A model generated the notes under the pieces. It did not search any database. It was not told where the DNA came from and saw only the letters and a program-made list of their open reading frames with translations. A program made the translations under genes and the position numbers. Positions 12,816 to 25,150 of a stretch of DNA of 64,000 nucleotides are shown one piece after another. Numbering within the stretch: the first letter of the stretch is position 1; the number at the start of each line of letters is the position of its first letter. The DNA comes from Vicugna vicugna (lineage: Eukaryota), in assembly GCA_013265495.1 (NCBI GenBank), contig MU058946.1, forward strand, positions 1,082,145 to 1,146,144, read 5' to 3'.

Positions 12816-14371
12816 TGGATCCAGGCACGACCTCTCAGCCACCCCGGATCCTGCTCGTGTGTAGACCCAGGAAGGGCCCAGACTTGGGAAGATAAGTCAC
12901 ATCGGTCCTCCGGGCCTCCTCTGCACGGCCTCTGACGGGAAACCCCATGCACAGAACATGGATCCTTCAAGGGGACCCCAGGACCCTGGATCCTCGTGAC
13001 TGCCTCGCACTGGACCCCCTGGGCAGGTGATGTGACCGTGTGTGCTAGAGGGTCCTTCACACCAAGAAAGCCTTGAGCCAGCCGCCCAGCAGCCGCTGCA
13101 GTTTCTCTAAGCATATGAGATGCCTACGGTATTAGCACTATGGGTCCTTCCTCAGACAGGGCACACGTGCCATCTGTCCCTTCTGACGGCTTTGCCGGGG
13201 CAGACACCACCTGCAGAAGCCACTGCGCGGCATGTTATCTTCTTCTTCCCCGTTTGGGCCATCTCCGGGGGAGCGTGGAAGGACCAGGAGCCGGGAAGTG
13301 GAGGGACAGAGCAGACACCACGCAGGAGCCGTAGGACAACCGACACCTGCCTTGCCTCCTGCCTCCAGCCCCCGCCCACCCGCAGCGCTCTCCCCTCGCG
13401 AGCAGCGCGGGCTTTGTGCCCATGGCCTTTCCCAGGGAGGAGCTGGGATGGCTAACAGGGAGACAGAACCCGACTGCGTGTGGGGACCTCTGAGAATTCC
13501 TCCAGCGCCTGGAACTTTAAGAACAGAAACCGCAGCCACTGGAAGTGTTGCTGCGGGCGCTGTCGCCGAGGATTTAAAGTCCCGATGCGCTGCTGGGCTC
13601 CGCGGCCGAGGTGGGAGACGGTACGGTTTTCCATCCCATGCTCGGAACCCCAGACGACGCGGCTCTCCCCCAGGGTAAAGGTCCAGCCGAGAGTCTCCAA
13701 GGGTGTCGGCAGCAAAGGCAGAGGGCGCAGAGCGAGGTCAGGAAGCAGGACGGGACGGGACGGCACAGAGATGACAGAGGTCTGAGGACCACGGCCTGCC
13801 TCCTCCCGTTTGCATCAGTTAAAGGACGTGGACGGAACAGAGAGAAGGCATCACACCCACCGTTTTCCAGAGTGTTCCGGGCACTCTGTCCATATGGCCT
13901 CTCACAGTGCATGAGGCTATAAAGCAGAAGCTATTGCCCACTGCACCGACCCGGAAGCCACTTCAGGGGGGCCATGGATTAGGTGGGTAGGGTCACAAAA
14001 AGGGGCGGAGTCAGCGCTTAGCCTCAGATCCAGCCCCTTCCAAGGCCAAGGCCTCCCTCCCAGCGCAGGTGCCCATGGTCTCCCAGGGCCGCCTGCAGGG
14101 CTGTTTTCCTGAGGGTCACCCAGTCCTCAAGTGTCTCAGCCACGAAACCCCTCAGCCCACAATGACAGCCGGGCCTGTACCTCAGCGCTCGCCTCCACCC
14201 TCCAGAACCTCTCTTCCACTTTTCACCCACTTGGCACTGAGCTTCTCGGGAGACCTTTGGGAAGTTCTGGGGAAGGAACTGTCCCTTCTGATGGTGACAG
14301 CCATCACATCCCACCTCTTTCAAAGGGTCAAAAAGGCCGATCTTTGGCAATTCTCTGTTGGGGTAGAAAAA

Positions 14372-14521
14372 GTGTGTGTGTATTCATGTGCATGCCTGTT
14401 TGCATGTGTGTGTGTGTATGCGCGTGTTTACATGTGGTGCGTGCATGCAAGTGTGTTTGTGCGTGCACATATCTTTACGTGCACGCTGTGTGTGGATGCA
14501 TGTGCACACGTGTGTGTGCAT
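14372..14521. repeat. Degenerate TG/CG-rich simple repeat
   Basis: About 150 nt of alternating purine-pyrimidine (tgtg/gcgtgc/catg). Confidence 0.85.
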
Positions 14522-15643
14522 GCTGGAGAAGGGAAGGATTCAGCAGAGGGCCCTTTCTTCCTTAGGGGAGGCCTTTAAATTTCTGTGCAGTCCCAGGTGC
14601 CCAGTCCTGGATGTCACGGGACCTGGGGGGGAGCCCTGCATCAGCTGACTGATGAAATAAGAGGGAGTGCCCACCTGCCCTTGCAGACGCTTCCTGTTCC
14701 CTGTTATCTGGTTCCCATGAAGCGGGCTACAGTGGGGGAGGGGAAGCTTGTACTTTTCATTTCATGGGATAGAGGAGGGATGGACGGATCGGGCGAGAGT
14801 GGGGGTGGCTTGATGGCAAGTCTATCAGCTGGCAGGGGCACATCTGAGAACTGGAGAGCCCCAAGCCCCTGCACCTGCTCTCTGCCTGGCCAGGGCATGT
14901 CTCCCTGGCTTCCCAGCTCTGGGCGCTCCGTGAGAAAAGCAAGGTGAGCCTCGGCAGCTGAGGGCTTCCCTGAGATGTCCAGCTGAGGCTGGGGAGTGCT
15001 TCTGTCACTGTGCCCTCCCCACAGGAGGGTCTGAGGGGGGCTTACAGAAGCCCCTCCATGCCAGCGGTCTTAGTGTCCCTCTCTGCCAATCAGAAGCCGG
15101 GGATGCTATAAACGCAGAGCTGGTCCAGGGGGCTGGCCAGTCTCTCTGAGGGCCCAGGAGATGGAGCGGCCCCGGGTCACCCCTGTCCTGTCAGAGCTGA
15201 CTACCTGCTGGGATGGGGACCTGAAGAGGGTGGGGGATGAGCAGCCCCTGCTGGGCTAGCCGGACCCCCACACCTGCTCCTGGCTGGCGAGGAAGAGTGC
15301 CGGTCGCCGCAGGGGCTGCGAAGAGCTCCGCACCCCCGTGTCCCGCAGGTCTGCCCACCGGCTCCCGCTCCCGGGGTGAGTCCTCCGGGGCCGTTCCGCC
15401 GGAAATAAAAGGCTTCCTGTACCAGCCTCTGAACATAGAACTCAGCCTAATCAGACTTGCGACAAGGAAAGCTCTGCCCACCGAATGGAAAAAATGCCCC
15501 CGTGCAGTCGCCACTTCCCACGGGGCCGCACGCAGCGACACCTGCCCTGCAGAGCCTCCCCGACCCCCGCCCGACTTGTCGGAGGCCGCAGCCGGCTCCA
15601 AGGGCGCCGGCGGCCGGGCTGGGGAGGCTGCGGAGGGGGCTAC

Positions 15644-15712
15644 CTTCTGAATGCGTCCATCGATGTCCAAGTAGATGGCCTTGGGCCGGTAGCTGGAGGA
15701 GCCGGTTCCCAT
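15644..15712 (-). CDS. PDE9A: PDE9A (cGMP-specific phosphodiesterase 9A) first coding exon, 23 codons
   Basis: Minus strand reads ATG(15712) [23 protein letters not shown], then a phase-0 donor AAG|gtagcc. This matches the PDE9A N-terminus I recognise (human [23 protein letters not shown]). The MGxxxS myristoylation-type motif is kept, and the exon lies in a CpG island. Confidence 0.97.
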
Positions 15713-15741
15713 CTTGCGCCGAGCGCTGCACTTGGATTGGA

Positions 15742-15801
15742 NNNNNNNNNNNNNNNNNNNNNNNNNNNNNNNNNNNNNNNNNNNNNNNNNNNNNNNNNNN
15801 N
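15742..15801. other. Assembly gap (60 N) in the PDE9A 5' UTR/promoter
   Basis: Run of N. Confidence 1.
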
Positions 15802-16034
15802 CCGCGCCCGCTGGGCCCGGCTCCTCCTCCCGCGCCTCCCTCCTCCTCCTCCTCCTCCCCCCTCCCTCCTTCCCCTTCCCCTCCTCTCTGCTCCTCTCTC
15901 TCATCTTCACCCCCTCTCCTCCCCTCCTACATTAAGGCACGCCTCCTCATCTTCCCTTTGACTCCAGCTGACTTGGGGACAGGGCCAAGCGAGCAGCCCC
16001 TCTCCAGGTGCCCTCTGGGCAGGTGCTTATAGCA

Positions 16035-16240
16035 AGCGACCCTCTCCGGCTGCAAATCGCATCACCTCCCCACGTGACCAGATCCCCATAGCGACCCCCT
16101 CTGGCTGCAGGGCTGGTTACTTCCCCCTGTGACCAGATCCGCATAGCGACCCCCTCTGGCTGCAGTGCTAGTCACCTCCCCCTGTGACCAGATTCCCACA
16201 GCAACCCCCTCTGGCTGCAGGGCTGGTCACCTCCCCACAG
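16035..16240. repeat. 55-bp minisatellite, about 3.7 copies, upstream of PDE9A
   Basis: Unit starts (agcgacc/agcaacc) at 16035, 16090, 16145 and 16200. Confidence 0.92.
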
Positions 16241-17889
16241 GGACAGTTGCCCGCTGGGGCTCCTTTGAAGGTGGATACTCCATCACCAGCAAGCGCTTGG
16301 TTGGTATGGGGCCCCTAAGCTAATTTATGGTCATTACCTAAAACCAGGCACTACTTAACACCAGGAGAAGTCCCCCAGGTTCCATCTCTTTCTGCTGTGA
16401 GCACTAGTCTCATTTAGTTCCATTAGGAAATGGGAAAAGTTCCTCCTCATTCATGCACATCCTTGCCCTAACTTTTCTGTGTATCCTCGGGAGTGACAGC
16501 CTCTTCCAGCTGCACCCGGAGCTGAAGTGGCAATTTTCGTTCTGTTCCTGATGTAGCCAGAGTGAGGATTACCCAGCCACCAGCTATTTGCTGGTTTCAG
16601 CACAGTTCTCGTTGCCAGCACTGCCCCCCGCCTTTTTAATTGCTACAGGGAGTGTGGGAAAAGCAGGAGGGGAAAAAGGAGGGGTTTCAGGCAGCTCTTG
16701 ACCAGCAGATCACAGCAGGGGCTGCCTTTGTGGCTCCCCAGTTCTCTCGGGAGAGAGAACAAGTTGCGGGGAAGGCTGGTGATGCTGAATGGCTCTCAGT
16801 CCCTGTTGCTTTTGGAAGCGGGTGTCGAAACCCGCCAGAGAATACACTTATTGTTTTGTCCTAAGGGAATTGCAAGCCACTGTTCTCCATCTGTTGAATG
16901 TCTGGGGTTTGCTTGCAGAGAGAGTGTCTGGGACATACAGGCTCCCTCCTTCCTGCTGGTCTGCCCGGGCTAGGCTGTCCGTGGCCACGGCCAACGGTCT
17001 TTGCTCTCCCCTCCCTGGCCATCTGGCCTCCACCTGGTGGACAGTCACTGGCTTTCCAGAGTCCTTCTGACCGCCTGGGGTGTTGGCCAGGCTGGAGCCG
17101 TGGAGAGCATGAGGTTACCACCTGTAAGTGAAGCAGTCTTCCTCAGCCTTTGGACAACCCAGCCTGTGTTGCTTCATGTCCCCTGTCTGCTCTGGGTAGG
17201 GGGTGGGAGGAGGCCCAGACTGGCTCTCAAAGGGCGATGACGCTTTTGCCTTTGTGTCCAGCACAGTAAAGGGACCGCGTCAGAGCCTGGGTGCCGTAAG
17301 GTTTGCTTTCTATGTGACTGGGGGCGTGAACGGGGCACCGGAGGCCTTCCGGGTGGAGGGTCAACCCTGCTGGGTGGTTACCGTCAGTCCCCAGACTCAC
17401 ATCGATGAAAATGTAAGCCCAGAGCGTTGGAGGGGGCAGCGCTGTTGCCGCTCAGTTTTATGGTCGATTGTTCTGATGTTCTTCGGGCTCATCCAGCGAC
17501 TGCTCCACGGGGCTGCTGTGCCGTGTGACATAAAGACCTCCCCGGCCGGCGGTGGCTCTTAGCTCGGTACTTACCTACTCTCCACGTCTTAGGGTCATCT
17601 GACCTCCCCTTCTCAGCCCATCTCCTTCAAGTGCCCAAACACAGATGCAGCTCTTCAGGGCCACTTACCAGACCATTGGAGGGTGAAGTTCTGTGACTGT
17701 GTGTCCGGCACCACCGTGTGTGTGTGCATTTGGGGAGGGAGGGGTCCTTATGCTGCCTGGCTGATTCTGCATTCAGAGTAATAATCACCCCGTGAGTATT
17801 TGATCGACTAGGCTGCTGTCCAGTTACTCCATCCCTGAGTCAGCAGACCCTGCCTTTCCCCGGCCCGCCAGGAGCCGACGCTCCGTCAT

Positions 17890-18600
17890 CCATCAGTGCC
17901 CTCCTCGCTGTGAGCTGGTGCTGTTCTAGACCCTGGGCATTCGGTGCAGGAAAACCCGAAATCCTCGGCCTGTGGGAGCTGACTTTTAGTGGGAAACAGA
18001 CGAGATGGTGAAAATAAATGCAACATGTAGTCAGCCTATCTGGTGATGAAAGTCACACGGTGGGGGGTGACATGGAGCGTGTGGGGCTGACATTTCAGGG
18101 CATGAGCACACAAGAGTAGGGTTGGAGCAGGGAGCTTGTGTGTGTCTGCGGGGGAAAAAGAGTCTTCCAACAAAGGGAGCAGCCTCCCTCCAAGGCTCCT
18201 CCCGCAGGAGGCCGATGGGGCTGCACTGTGGCGCGGGGGTGGTGGAGTGGAGGGCTGGGGGCGGTGGAGGCTGGCGGGTCTGGAGTGCAGGGCAGGGGTG
18301 GTGGAGGGGCCTGCAGGGGATGTGGGGTCAGAGAGGTGAGGGCGGGTGGCAGGTTCTCTTGTGGACTGGATCACAGATGTGGTTCCACTCTTGGCTGGAA
18401 CCATGCAGGAGGTTGAGCAGAGGCAGGAGGTGGTCCTCTCGCAGTTCAGCTGCTGCTGGATGGAGATGCGCTGCTGGGAGGGGCTGCAGGCAGACCAGCA
18501 AGGAGCTGCCCCCATAATCTTTGCAAAGAGTGATGGTGAATTGGGCCACTGGGGTGAGAAGTAGTTGGATTCTGCATTCCGTTTGGAGAGTGTTTGTGTC
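17890..18600 (-). mobile_element. LINE-2 fragment
   Basis: gtgctgttctagaccctggg...ggagctgacttttagtgggaaacagac and the following purine-rich blocks resemble the reverse-oriented L2 3' region. Confidence 0.55.
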
Positions 18601-21600
18601 TTTCATGATGGCTCATGGCTTACAGTGACGTTATTTCTGCTTTTTTGCTCCCCTTCCCTTTCGCATCATGTGATTCTGCCTAAATTCATGCTCCTTCGTC
18701 GTGGATGGCCCCTGGGATAAGGTTCCGGGAGCTCACCCTCCCCTCTGCCCACACTACATCAGCTCAGCAGCTCCTTGGCATCCTTGACCTGCATTCCTGA
18801 TCCTGGCTTGGCCGCCAGAATCGCAGCCAATGTAAGTTCCCAGAATCAAGATAAAACCGAAAGAAACCACCTGCCTCCACCAGGTCGGCTGGGGCTGGGG
18901 TGAGGAGCCTGGGTGGGCAAGAGGCCTGCCGGTCTTGTGGGAACTTGGCCAGAGTTCAGAGTCCCAGGGGAGTTACCAGGAGGGACGTTTCCAACCGTCC
19001 CAGGCATCAGAGTGTGAGATCCTGCCCAAATCTTGCAGGGATGGGGAGCAGGTGAAGGAGCTCACGGAGCTGCAAAGCCAGCTCCGGGGATCCAGCGTCT
19101 GTCTCCAGCCCCCATGTGGACTGAAAGTTTTTCCAGTAGTGGACTCATTTCTGTATGCAGAACTCACCCTTTAATTGCCATGAAGACCTTATCAAAGAGG
19201 AATTTCAAATTAAGGCATCAACCAAATTGCAGCGCAAAAGGCCCGAGCCCAGCCTGGGGCCTGAGGAGCCAGACGCTGGTTCCTGGGCGGCACACTCGCC
19301 AGCCCTTCGTCTCCGGCAAGGAGGAACGAAGCCACGGCGAGGAGGAAGAGGAGGGTCTGCCCTGTCCCCCTGGAGTGGGCGGCCACCAGCAAGGATGCCG
19401 AGACTGGGAAGGAGTTCAGAGTACTCATGAAAATCTAGATGGTGCATCTGAGGTGGAAGGAAGCGTCTGTCCAGAGTGGCCGGGCCGGGCCGGCAGCGCC
19501 CGGCACCTCCTCCCGGCAGCGTCCTTGGCCTGGGCGGCCCAGGGAAGCGGGTCAGCGGGTGGCTGCTGCTTCACCCCTGAGAGCATCCTCTGCCTGTTCT
19601 CTCTCGGGTCTGACTGGGGCTTTTAATGGCTATTCTGAATATAATCCAGTCACTTCCTCTGCCAATTCTTCTGAACCGGGGGCTGGGGAAGGGTGCGTGG
19701 GGAGCGCAGAATGCGTTTGTCAAACAAGCAAAATGCATTAGCGCCAGCTGCATACGAGGCACCAAGCAGGCCTTGCTAAAGGGGCTGGGACATGTTAAAG
19801 GGGGCTGGAAACACCGTGAGAGAGGATTAAAATTGACGAGCGGGTCAGACGTAAGATGCTTTACGTTCTGGAATTCTCACCACTGGCCTCTGGGAGGAAT
19901 CGGCCTGCTCGGCGCATATATAATGAACAGATCGCCCCATAAGCTGCTCTAAGCTTCTGGGAGAGCCACCTGGCAGGAGGCACCAGGGCGGAGAGGAGGC
20001 TGCGCCCTTTGGCAGGTCCGCCTGAAGCTTTCGTGCAAAGGCAGTGTCACTTTTATTGGAACAATATTTGATTTACACACATATTGACTTATCTCTTTTT
20101 GTGGCTTTGGCAATGAAAAGATTATTACTAGTTGTAAATATTTCAAACAGTGCAGACGAAAGGCACCGTCCCACCCAGGTCCCAGACGGGGACGCACCCC
20201 TTCTGACCGGTCGTCCCAGGGGGTCTCGGAAACACGAGTGCCGTCGCCTGCTCTCACCCGCTGACCAGGCCGCATCTGTGCCGGCGCTGGGACTCTCCCC
20301 CACCGCTGGCTGTCACCAGCTCCTCACATACAGAGGGCAGCGGCTCGGAGCGTCGTGTGTTTTACGAGTGTTTTCTACAAGTCGGTGTCCTGTCTTTCAG
20401 CTCCATTCACGGCAGCTTCGTGGCTGTACAGGCCGCAGTGATCCAGACCCTGCCGCGCCTCCTGCGGGCATTCTAGGTTTCTCGTCAGTGTAGAGAGCAA
20501 GTGTCATCTCTAATGGAAAACTTAAGAGACATAAAGAAAGACGTGACCTAAATTTCCGAAGATTGGGACCGTCTAATTAAATCGTGGCCCATTTGCTGAG
20601 GGGATGTCAAGGGCAGTGGCTGTGCCGAGTGTGTCGAGGCCGAGGGAAGTGACGACACCACTGGTGACACAGCAGAATCCACAGTGGCGTCGACACCCTG
20701 GCCGTCCAGGCCCGCACACGGCCCGTTTGCCAGCAGGAGTCCCGGGCCGGGTGCCGGAGGTTTCCCCGCTGCGTGAAGCTCTGTGAAAGCTGGCAGAGGG
20801 CTGGACCAATTTAGGGAGAGAATATGAAATGGCTTGTTGTGAGTGGTAGGGTTCTAGGCATTTTAAAAAAAATGCTGTGATGCTATTTTTGCCATAAAAT
20901 GAGGCTAAGGGGAGGAGTTAGAGTGATAAATAATTAGTGTGCATGAAGTGGTAGCCGCCTGCTTTCTTAGAAGCGGCTGCGAGGAGAGAACGGGTCTGCT
21001 TTACAAATGTGGTGTTGCGACCTTCAGGGCTGGGACAGACGCTCAGGTCCCCTTCCGGCTGTGGTGTGAGTCACGCTGCTCGGCAGGGCCCTCAGCTGAC
21101 TGCCCTCACCCCTTCCTGTGGACAGAACCCGCCTCTGTGGGCAGCTGTGGGTCAGGACCCTCTGCCGTCCTCACGGTCCATTTTAGTGCCTCCTTCCGGG
21201 GCCCCTGATTTCCCTCTGTCCTTCAGCCTTCCCGTGGGCACGTCCTCAGGTCTTCTCAGTCTTCCCATGGGGCTGGTCTGCCTCTGTCACTTCCCCTCCC
21301 ATCCCCTCCAGTGTGGCACCCCTGGCTTCTACCATCTGTCCTGTCCTCCGTCCCCACCCCCCGGAAACCCCAGATGCTCCGCTGTGACGTCCGTGACTTT
21401 GCACCTCATTTCCTCCGAGAAGAATGTCCTCCCTCTCTCCTCCCCTTGACCACCTCTTCCTTAAGATCCATCTTCCCTGAAACCCCAAATCTCTGGACTG
21501 GGGTGGGGAGCCCCTCTCTGCGTCCCCGAGACCGGACGTCCTCTGTGGTCCTGGCCGTGTAGCCCTGGAGGACTGCGTGTCCCCTTGAGCCCGACTCCTC

Positions 21601-24409
21601 ACTGATCGAAGGGGGGACAAGGACTGGCCCAGGGTGCCGTGGAGATGCGCGGGGAGCGTGTGATACCGCGTGAACTCCCGTCAGCCTGGCGCGCAGTGGG
21701 AGCGCGGGGCTGGCTTGCTGTCCTTGAGGAGCAGCGACGTTGCTGGAACACGCGCCACCCTGTGCGGTGTAGCTGCCGCCGACTCCCACTAAGCGATGCC
21801 CGTGAGGAAAGGGGGAATCGCGGGCCTGCGACGGGGCCGAGTGGACGTGGCAGACTTCCGGGGGTGAGTGCCGTTCTGGGACTCAGCGGCCACTGTTCCT
21901 TGTGTACAAAGCTGGTGGCCTGTGCTGAATTTTTGACCTTGGCTTAATCGGCATTAAAAGCCGTACTCAGAGCCCACTTTGCACTCCCCGCCCTTCAGCT
22001 AAAATGGTTTTCCTGAGTTTCCGCGGAGGGAGGGGCTGCCTCGTGCTGACCCCGGGCGGCCTCTCCTCCATCCAGCCCTGGGAGAGCTGTTCCCCGTCTG
22101 CCTCTCGGAGCCGGGGCCCCGCGCAGCTCGCACGGAGAACCAGAGAATCACAGTCGCGCGGAGGGCCGCCCCCAGCCTCCAGCTCTGCTGCACCGGGGAT
22201 CTGGCCCAGCCCTGAGAGCAGGGGGGCCTCTGGGAACCCTGTGGCTCTTAGGCTGGGCCCCCTTCCCCTCTCACGGTGACAAGCCACTCACTGCCTCTAA
22301 CCCACCTCCCTCGGCTGCCACAGGGACCAGTGCCGACCGTGGCTGCTGTCAAACTTATGGACCACTAACTAATTGGTTTTCCACTTGAAAGGCTGTGAAG
22401 GACCCGGCTGGCCCCTCCGGCCACTCACCTGTTAGGACCTCCCAGGAGGTGGCGTCTGGGAGACACTGACAGATGCCCTGGGGGACTCAAGGCCCTTTAG
22501 CTGCTGAGGCCCCTGGCTCTCTCTGGTTGGGTTCCCTGCTCTCAGGTGGCGGGCAGAGCTGGGGAGCTCATCCCTGCCCAAGAGCTGCCCTAACTGGGAG
22601 AGGAAGAGAGAGTCATGTCGTTGGAAGTGAAGGTTCCAGGTGGGACGAAGTGGGGTGAGGTGGGGCTTGTGTGCTGTGGGCCCTGTCACCTGGAGAATGA
22701 GTCTAGGACTTGCCACCAGATGTGGCCACTTACCGTTAGCCCTCATTTCTGTGATAATCTCGTTTTCTCCCATCACCCTAAGTTCTTTGGCGAGGAGGGG
22801 ATGGCTGCCCACCAGACGCCAGCCCGGCAGCTGGTTTCTTTCTGTTTGGGCCTCTGGGTGGGTGTCGGGGTCTGCTCTCAGGCTCCCCCGCATCCAGCGG
22901 TCCCAGGGTGACTGCCTGCCGCTGCAGGAGTCGGAGCCAGTGTCGAGTTCATGCAAGAACCCAGACGACCCGCTGGCTCGGGCCTTACTCAGTCGTAAGT
23001 CGGCCATTGCAAGTGGGACCCGCTGCAGATGGATGAACTCATTTCCAGAAACAGGCCGCAACGTCTGATCTGCATGCAGACCTGCACCTGACCACCCGCA
23101 GTAGCGTCTACCCGGAGAGCCTGGCGTTCCAGCTTCACTGCAAGCTCTTTAAAGAGGACGGTTGGGTCCTGTTTATTTTGGGTGACTTCCGCAGAGCCTA
23201 GGAACGCTTTCAAATAGTCTGAACGCCAGCATAGGGGCCAGAGCTGGTACATGTTTTAGCGAAAGAAACTCTGTAAACTCAGAGTTTGATAGTGGCCGTG
23301 CCTCTTGTAAATCTGTGACTCATTTCTTAAGCCCCCACCCGTCCCAATGAGCAGAAGTTCCCTGTCCCATGTCCCGAGCGTGTCCCTCTCCCTCCCATGC
23401 GGTCCAAACCCCACGGGTTTATGAGGCTAGAAGGGAGGGGCCTCTGCATCCTTCCCGCACAGCACGGGAGAGGGTGGGGTCTCGCGCGGCCCCATCACCT
23501 CCCAGGAAAGCAAGCAGACAAACTGCAGTGCCCCCACCCCCCGCCGGACACGGAGGGAAGGCTGGATGCTGCAAATGACTGGATGGTGGAAGAGGGAGAT
23601 CTTTACGGAGGAAAATCCTGTTCCTTTTTCTGTTTTTTTCTTTCTTAGCAGTTGAGCCATTATGATATTCGCTCATTTAAATAATTTGGGTGTGAGCCAC
23701 GTGACGTGGTGATGTTCCAAGCACCCCTCCTACGGTGGCTTTAGGAAGCAGGGTCAGGAGACCCAGCTGTCAGCCACCTCCCCTCAGAAGGGTCCCCCTC
23801 GTCTGCGGAGATGGGAGACCAGCTGCTCCCATGATCCACAGCCACTGGGACCTCCTCCCTCCTACTCTGTCCCCTCTTTCTCTCTTTGATTTACTTCGTT
23901 AAACTCCATCTGACCCGTGGACTTCCCTGTGGTGCCCTCCCCTTCCTCTAACCCTGGGGGAAAAGGCTGTGGGATCAGTTCCGGCCCCCCAGCCGCTTGG
24001 TCTTTGGGGTAAGACCATTCTGACCACCATGACACTTTCCTTGACCAGAAGAGGCTAGAGCTTTACAAAGAAGCTTCTACTAAGTAAAAAAGGATTTACC
24101 AAAGTTTGGAAACTTGAACTTGCTATGGCCTGTTTCTGATCAGAGCTTCATAAAGGCCAACCTTGAAGCAGGTGAATGGGCAGGACCTCCTAGCCTCTGG
24201 GCCTGGACAAAACTCAGACAATTGCAAAAAAATGCTCATTGAATACAGATCAGGGTGAAATACCAGGCCAGGAATAGGGAGCCAGGAGCCAAAAATATAT
24301 GTAGCTGGGCCCCTGCTCTCTGACAAGTTCACAGGCAGACAGAGGAGGAAGATATGTGGGCAAGAGCTAGCGCCCCATGTCCTCTCACCCATCCCTGCAC
24401 ACACACAAT

Positions 24410-24950
24410 GCACGTGCTATTAGTAGAGGTTTGCAAAAAGCTCTGTCAGTAAATAAGACAGGCTGATTTCTCCCAACCTGAGACTTATATTCTAGTGAGG
24501 AGACAGACAATATCTACCTGGGACTTATATTCTGGTGGGGAGATAGACAATAAACAAAAGAGGCGTATAATGCCAGGACAAAGATAAAACCTATGAAGAA
24601 AAAAATATAGCCAAGAAGGAGGATAGAGGTTTCCCTGAGCTGCTATTTTAGGTATCATGGAGGCATCATGGAGGAGGTGACATTTGAGCAGAGACACAAA
24701 TACAGTGAAGGAGAAGACTTGTTCACAGGGAGAGCTGTCCAGAAGGAAGGAGTGGAAACAGGGAGGGCCAGAGGCAACTGGTGCTGGGTGGGGAGATGTC
24801 GGAGCAGAGGCCGAAGGACAGTCGGGGATCAGAGCAGGGATTGGGGTTTTATTCTACGTGTAACCAAAGTCCCTGGAGCATCGAAAGCTGTGGAGGGAAC
24901 TGAGCTGACCTGGATGCAGGTGACACATGTGTAAGGAGGCTGGGAGGACC
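24410..24950 (-). mobile_element. LINE-2 fragment with a small internal duplication
   Basis: gacttatattctagtgaggagacagacaata occurs twice about 40 nt apart. ggaggaggtgacatttgagcagagac is a typical L2 block. Confidence 0.65.
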
Positions 24951-24984
24951 AGAGCAGCTTCTGGACCAGCAGGTCCTGGGGTGT

Positions 24985-25150
24985 GGGCAACCAGGGTTTG
25001 AGTCTAGCTCTTGCTTGCTGGGCAACACTGGATAAGTTGCTTACCCTTCCTGAGCCTCAGTTTTCTTCTCTGTGAAATGGGCCTCTCTGTGAAGTCTGCA
25101 AGGATTACATGGTAGAAGATGTGTAGCACTCTCGGCCCCATGCAGCACGA
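24985..25150 (+). mobile_element. MIR SINE
   Basis: gggtttgagtctagctct...ggataagttgcttacccttcctgagcctcagttttcttctctgtgaaatggg is the MIR core. Confidence 0.75.

Larger units (their letters stand above)
1..15643 (-). other. PDE9A: PDE9A intron 1 (partial; exon 2 is not in the window)
   Basis: Follows the exon-1 GT donor at 15643-15642. I found no match to the expected exon-2 peptide (VIFSKYCNSSDIMDLF...). Confidence 0.85.
15290..15960 (-). promoter_or_regulatory. PDE9A: CpG island / PDE9A promoter and 5' UTR (interrupted by a 60-N gap)
   Basis: Dense CpG and very high GC on both sides of the first coding exon, with a polypyrimidine/polypurine tract at about 15821-15931. Boundaries are approximate. 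Confidence 0.8.

Noticed and set aside
10864-12864. Long ORFs of 267-271 aa in PDE9A intron 1, and similar ones at 45657-46484, 51329-52138 and 52970-53686
   Set aside because: Pro/Gly/Arg/Ala-rich with no recognisable domain, and overlapped by ORFs in several frames. This is expected in high-GC DNA where stop codons are rare.
14372-14521. Cys/Val-rich ORFs (CVCV...) resembling metal-binding proteins, also at 28784-28832 and 48118-48250
   Set aside because: They are translations of TG/CA microsatellites.
15191-15910. 239-aa ORF containing the PDE9A N-terminus, suggesting an N-terminal extension
   Set aside because: It reads through an N gap upstream and past the exon-1 donor into the intron. 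Only 15712-15644 matches PDE9A.
16035-16240. CRISPR-like look of the 55-bp and 56-bp repeat arrays
   Set aside because: They are tandem units without unique spacers in a mammalian genome, so they are minisatellites.
20040-20160. AT-rich patch with forkhead-like GTAAATA (20134-20140)
   Set aside because: Short motifs in AT-rich sequence are expected by chance, and I have no conservation data to support an enhancer call.
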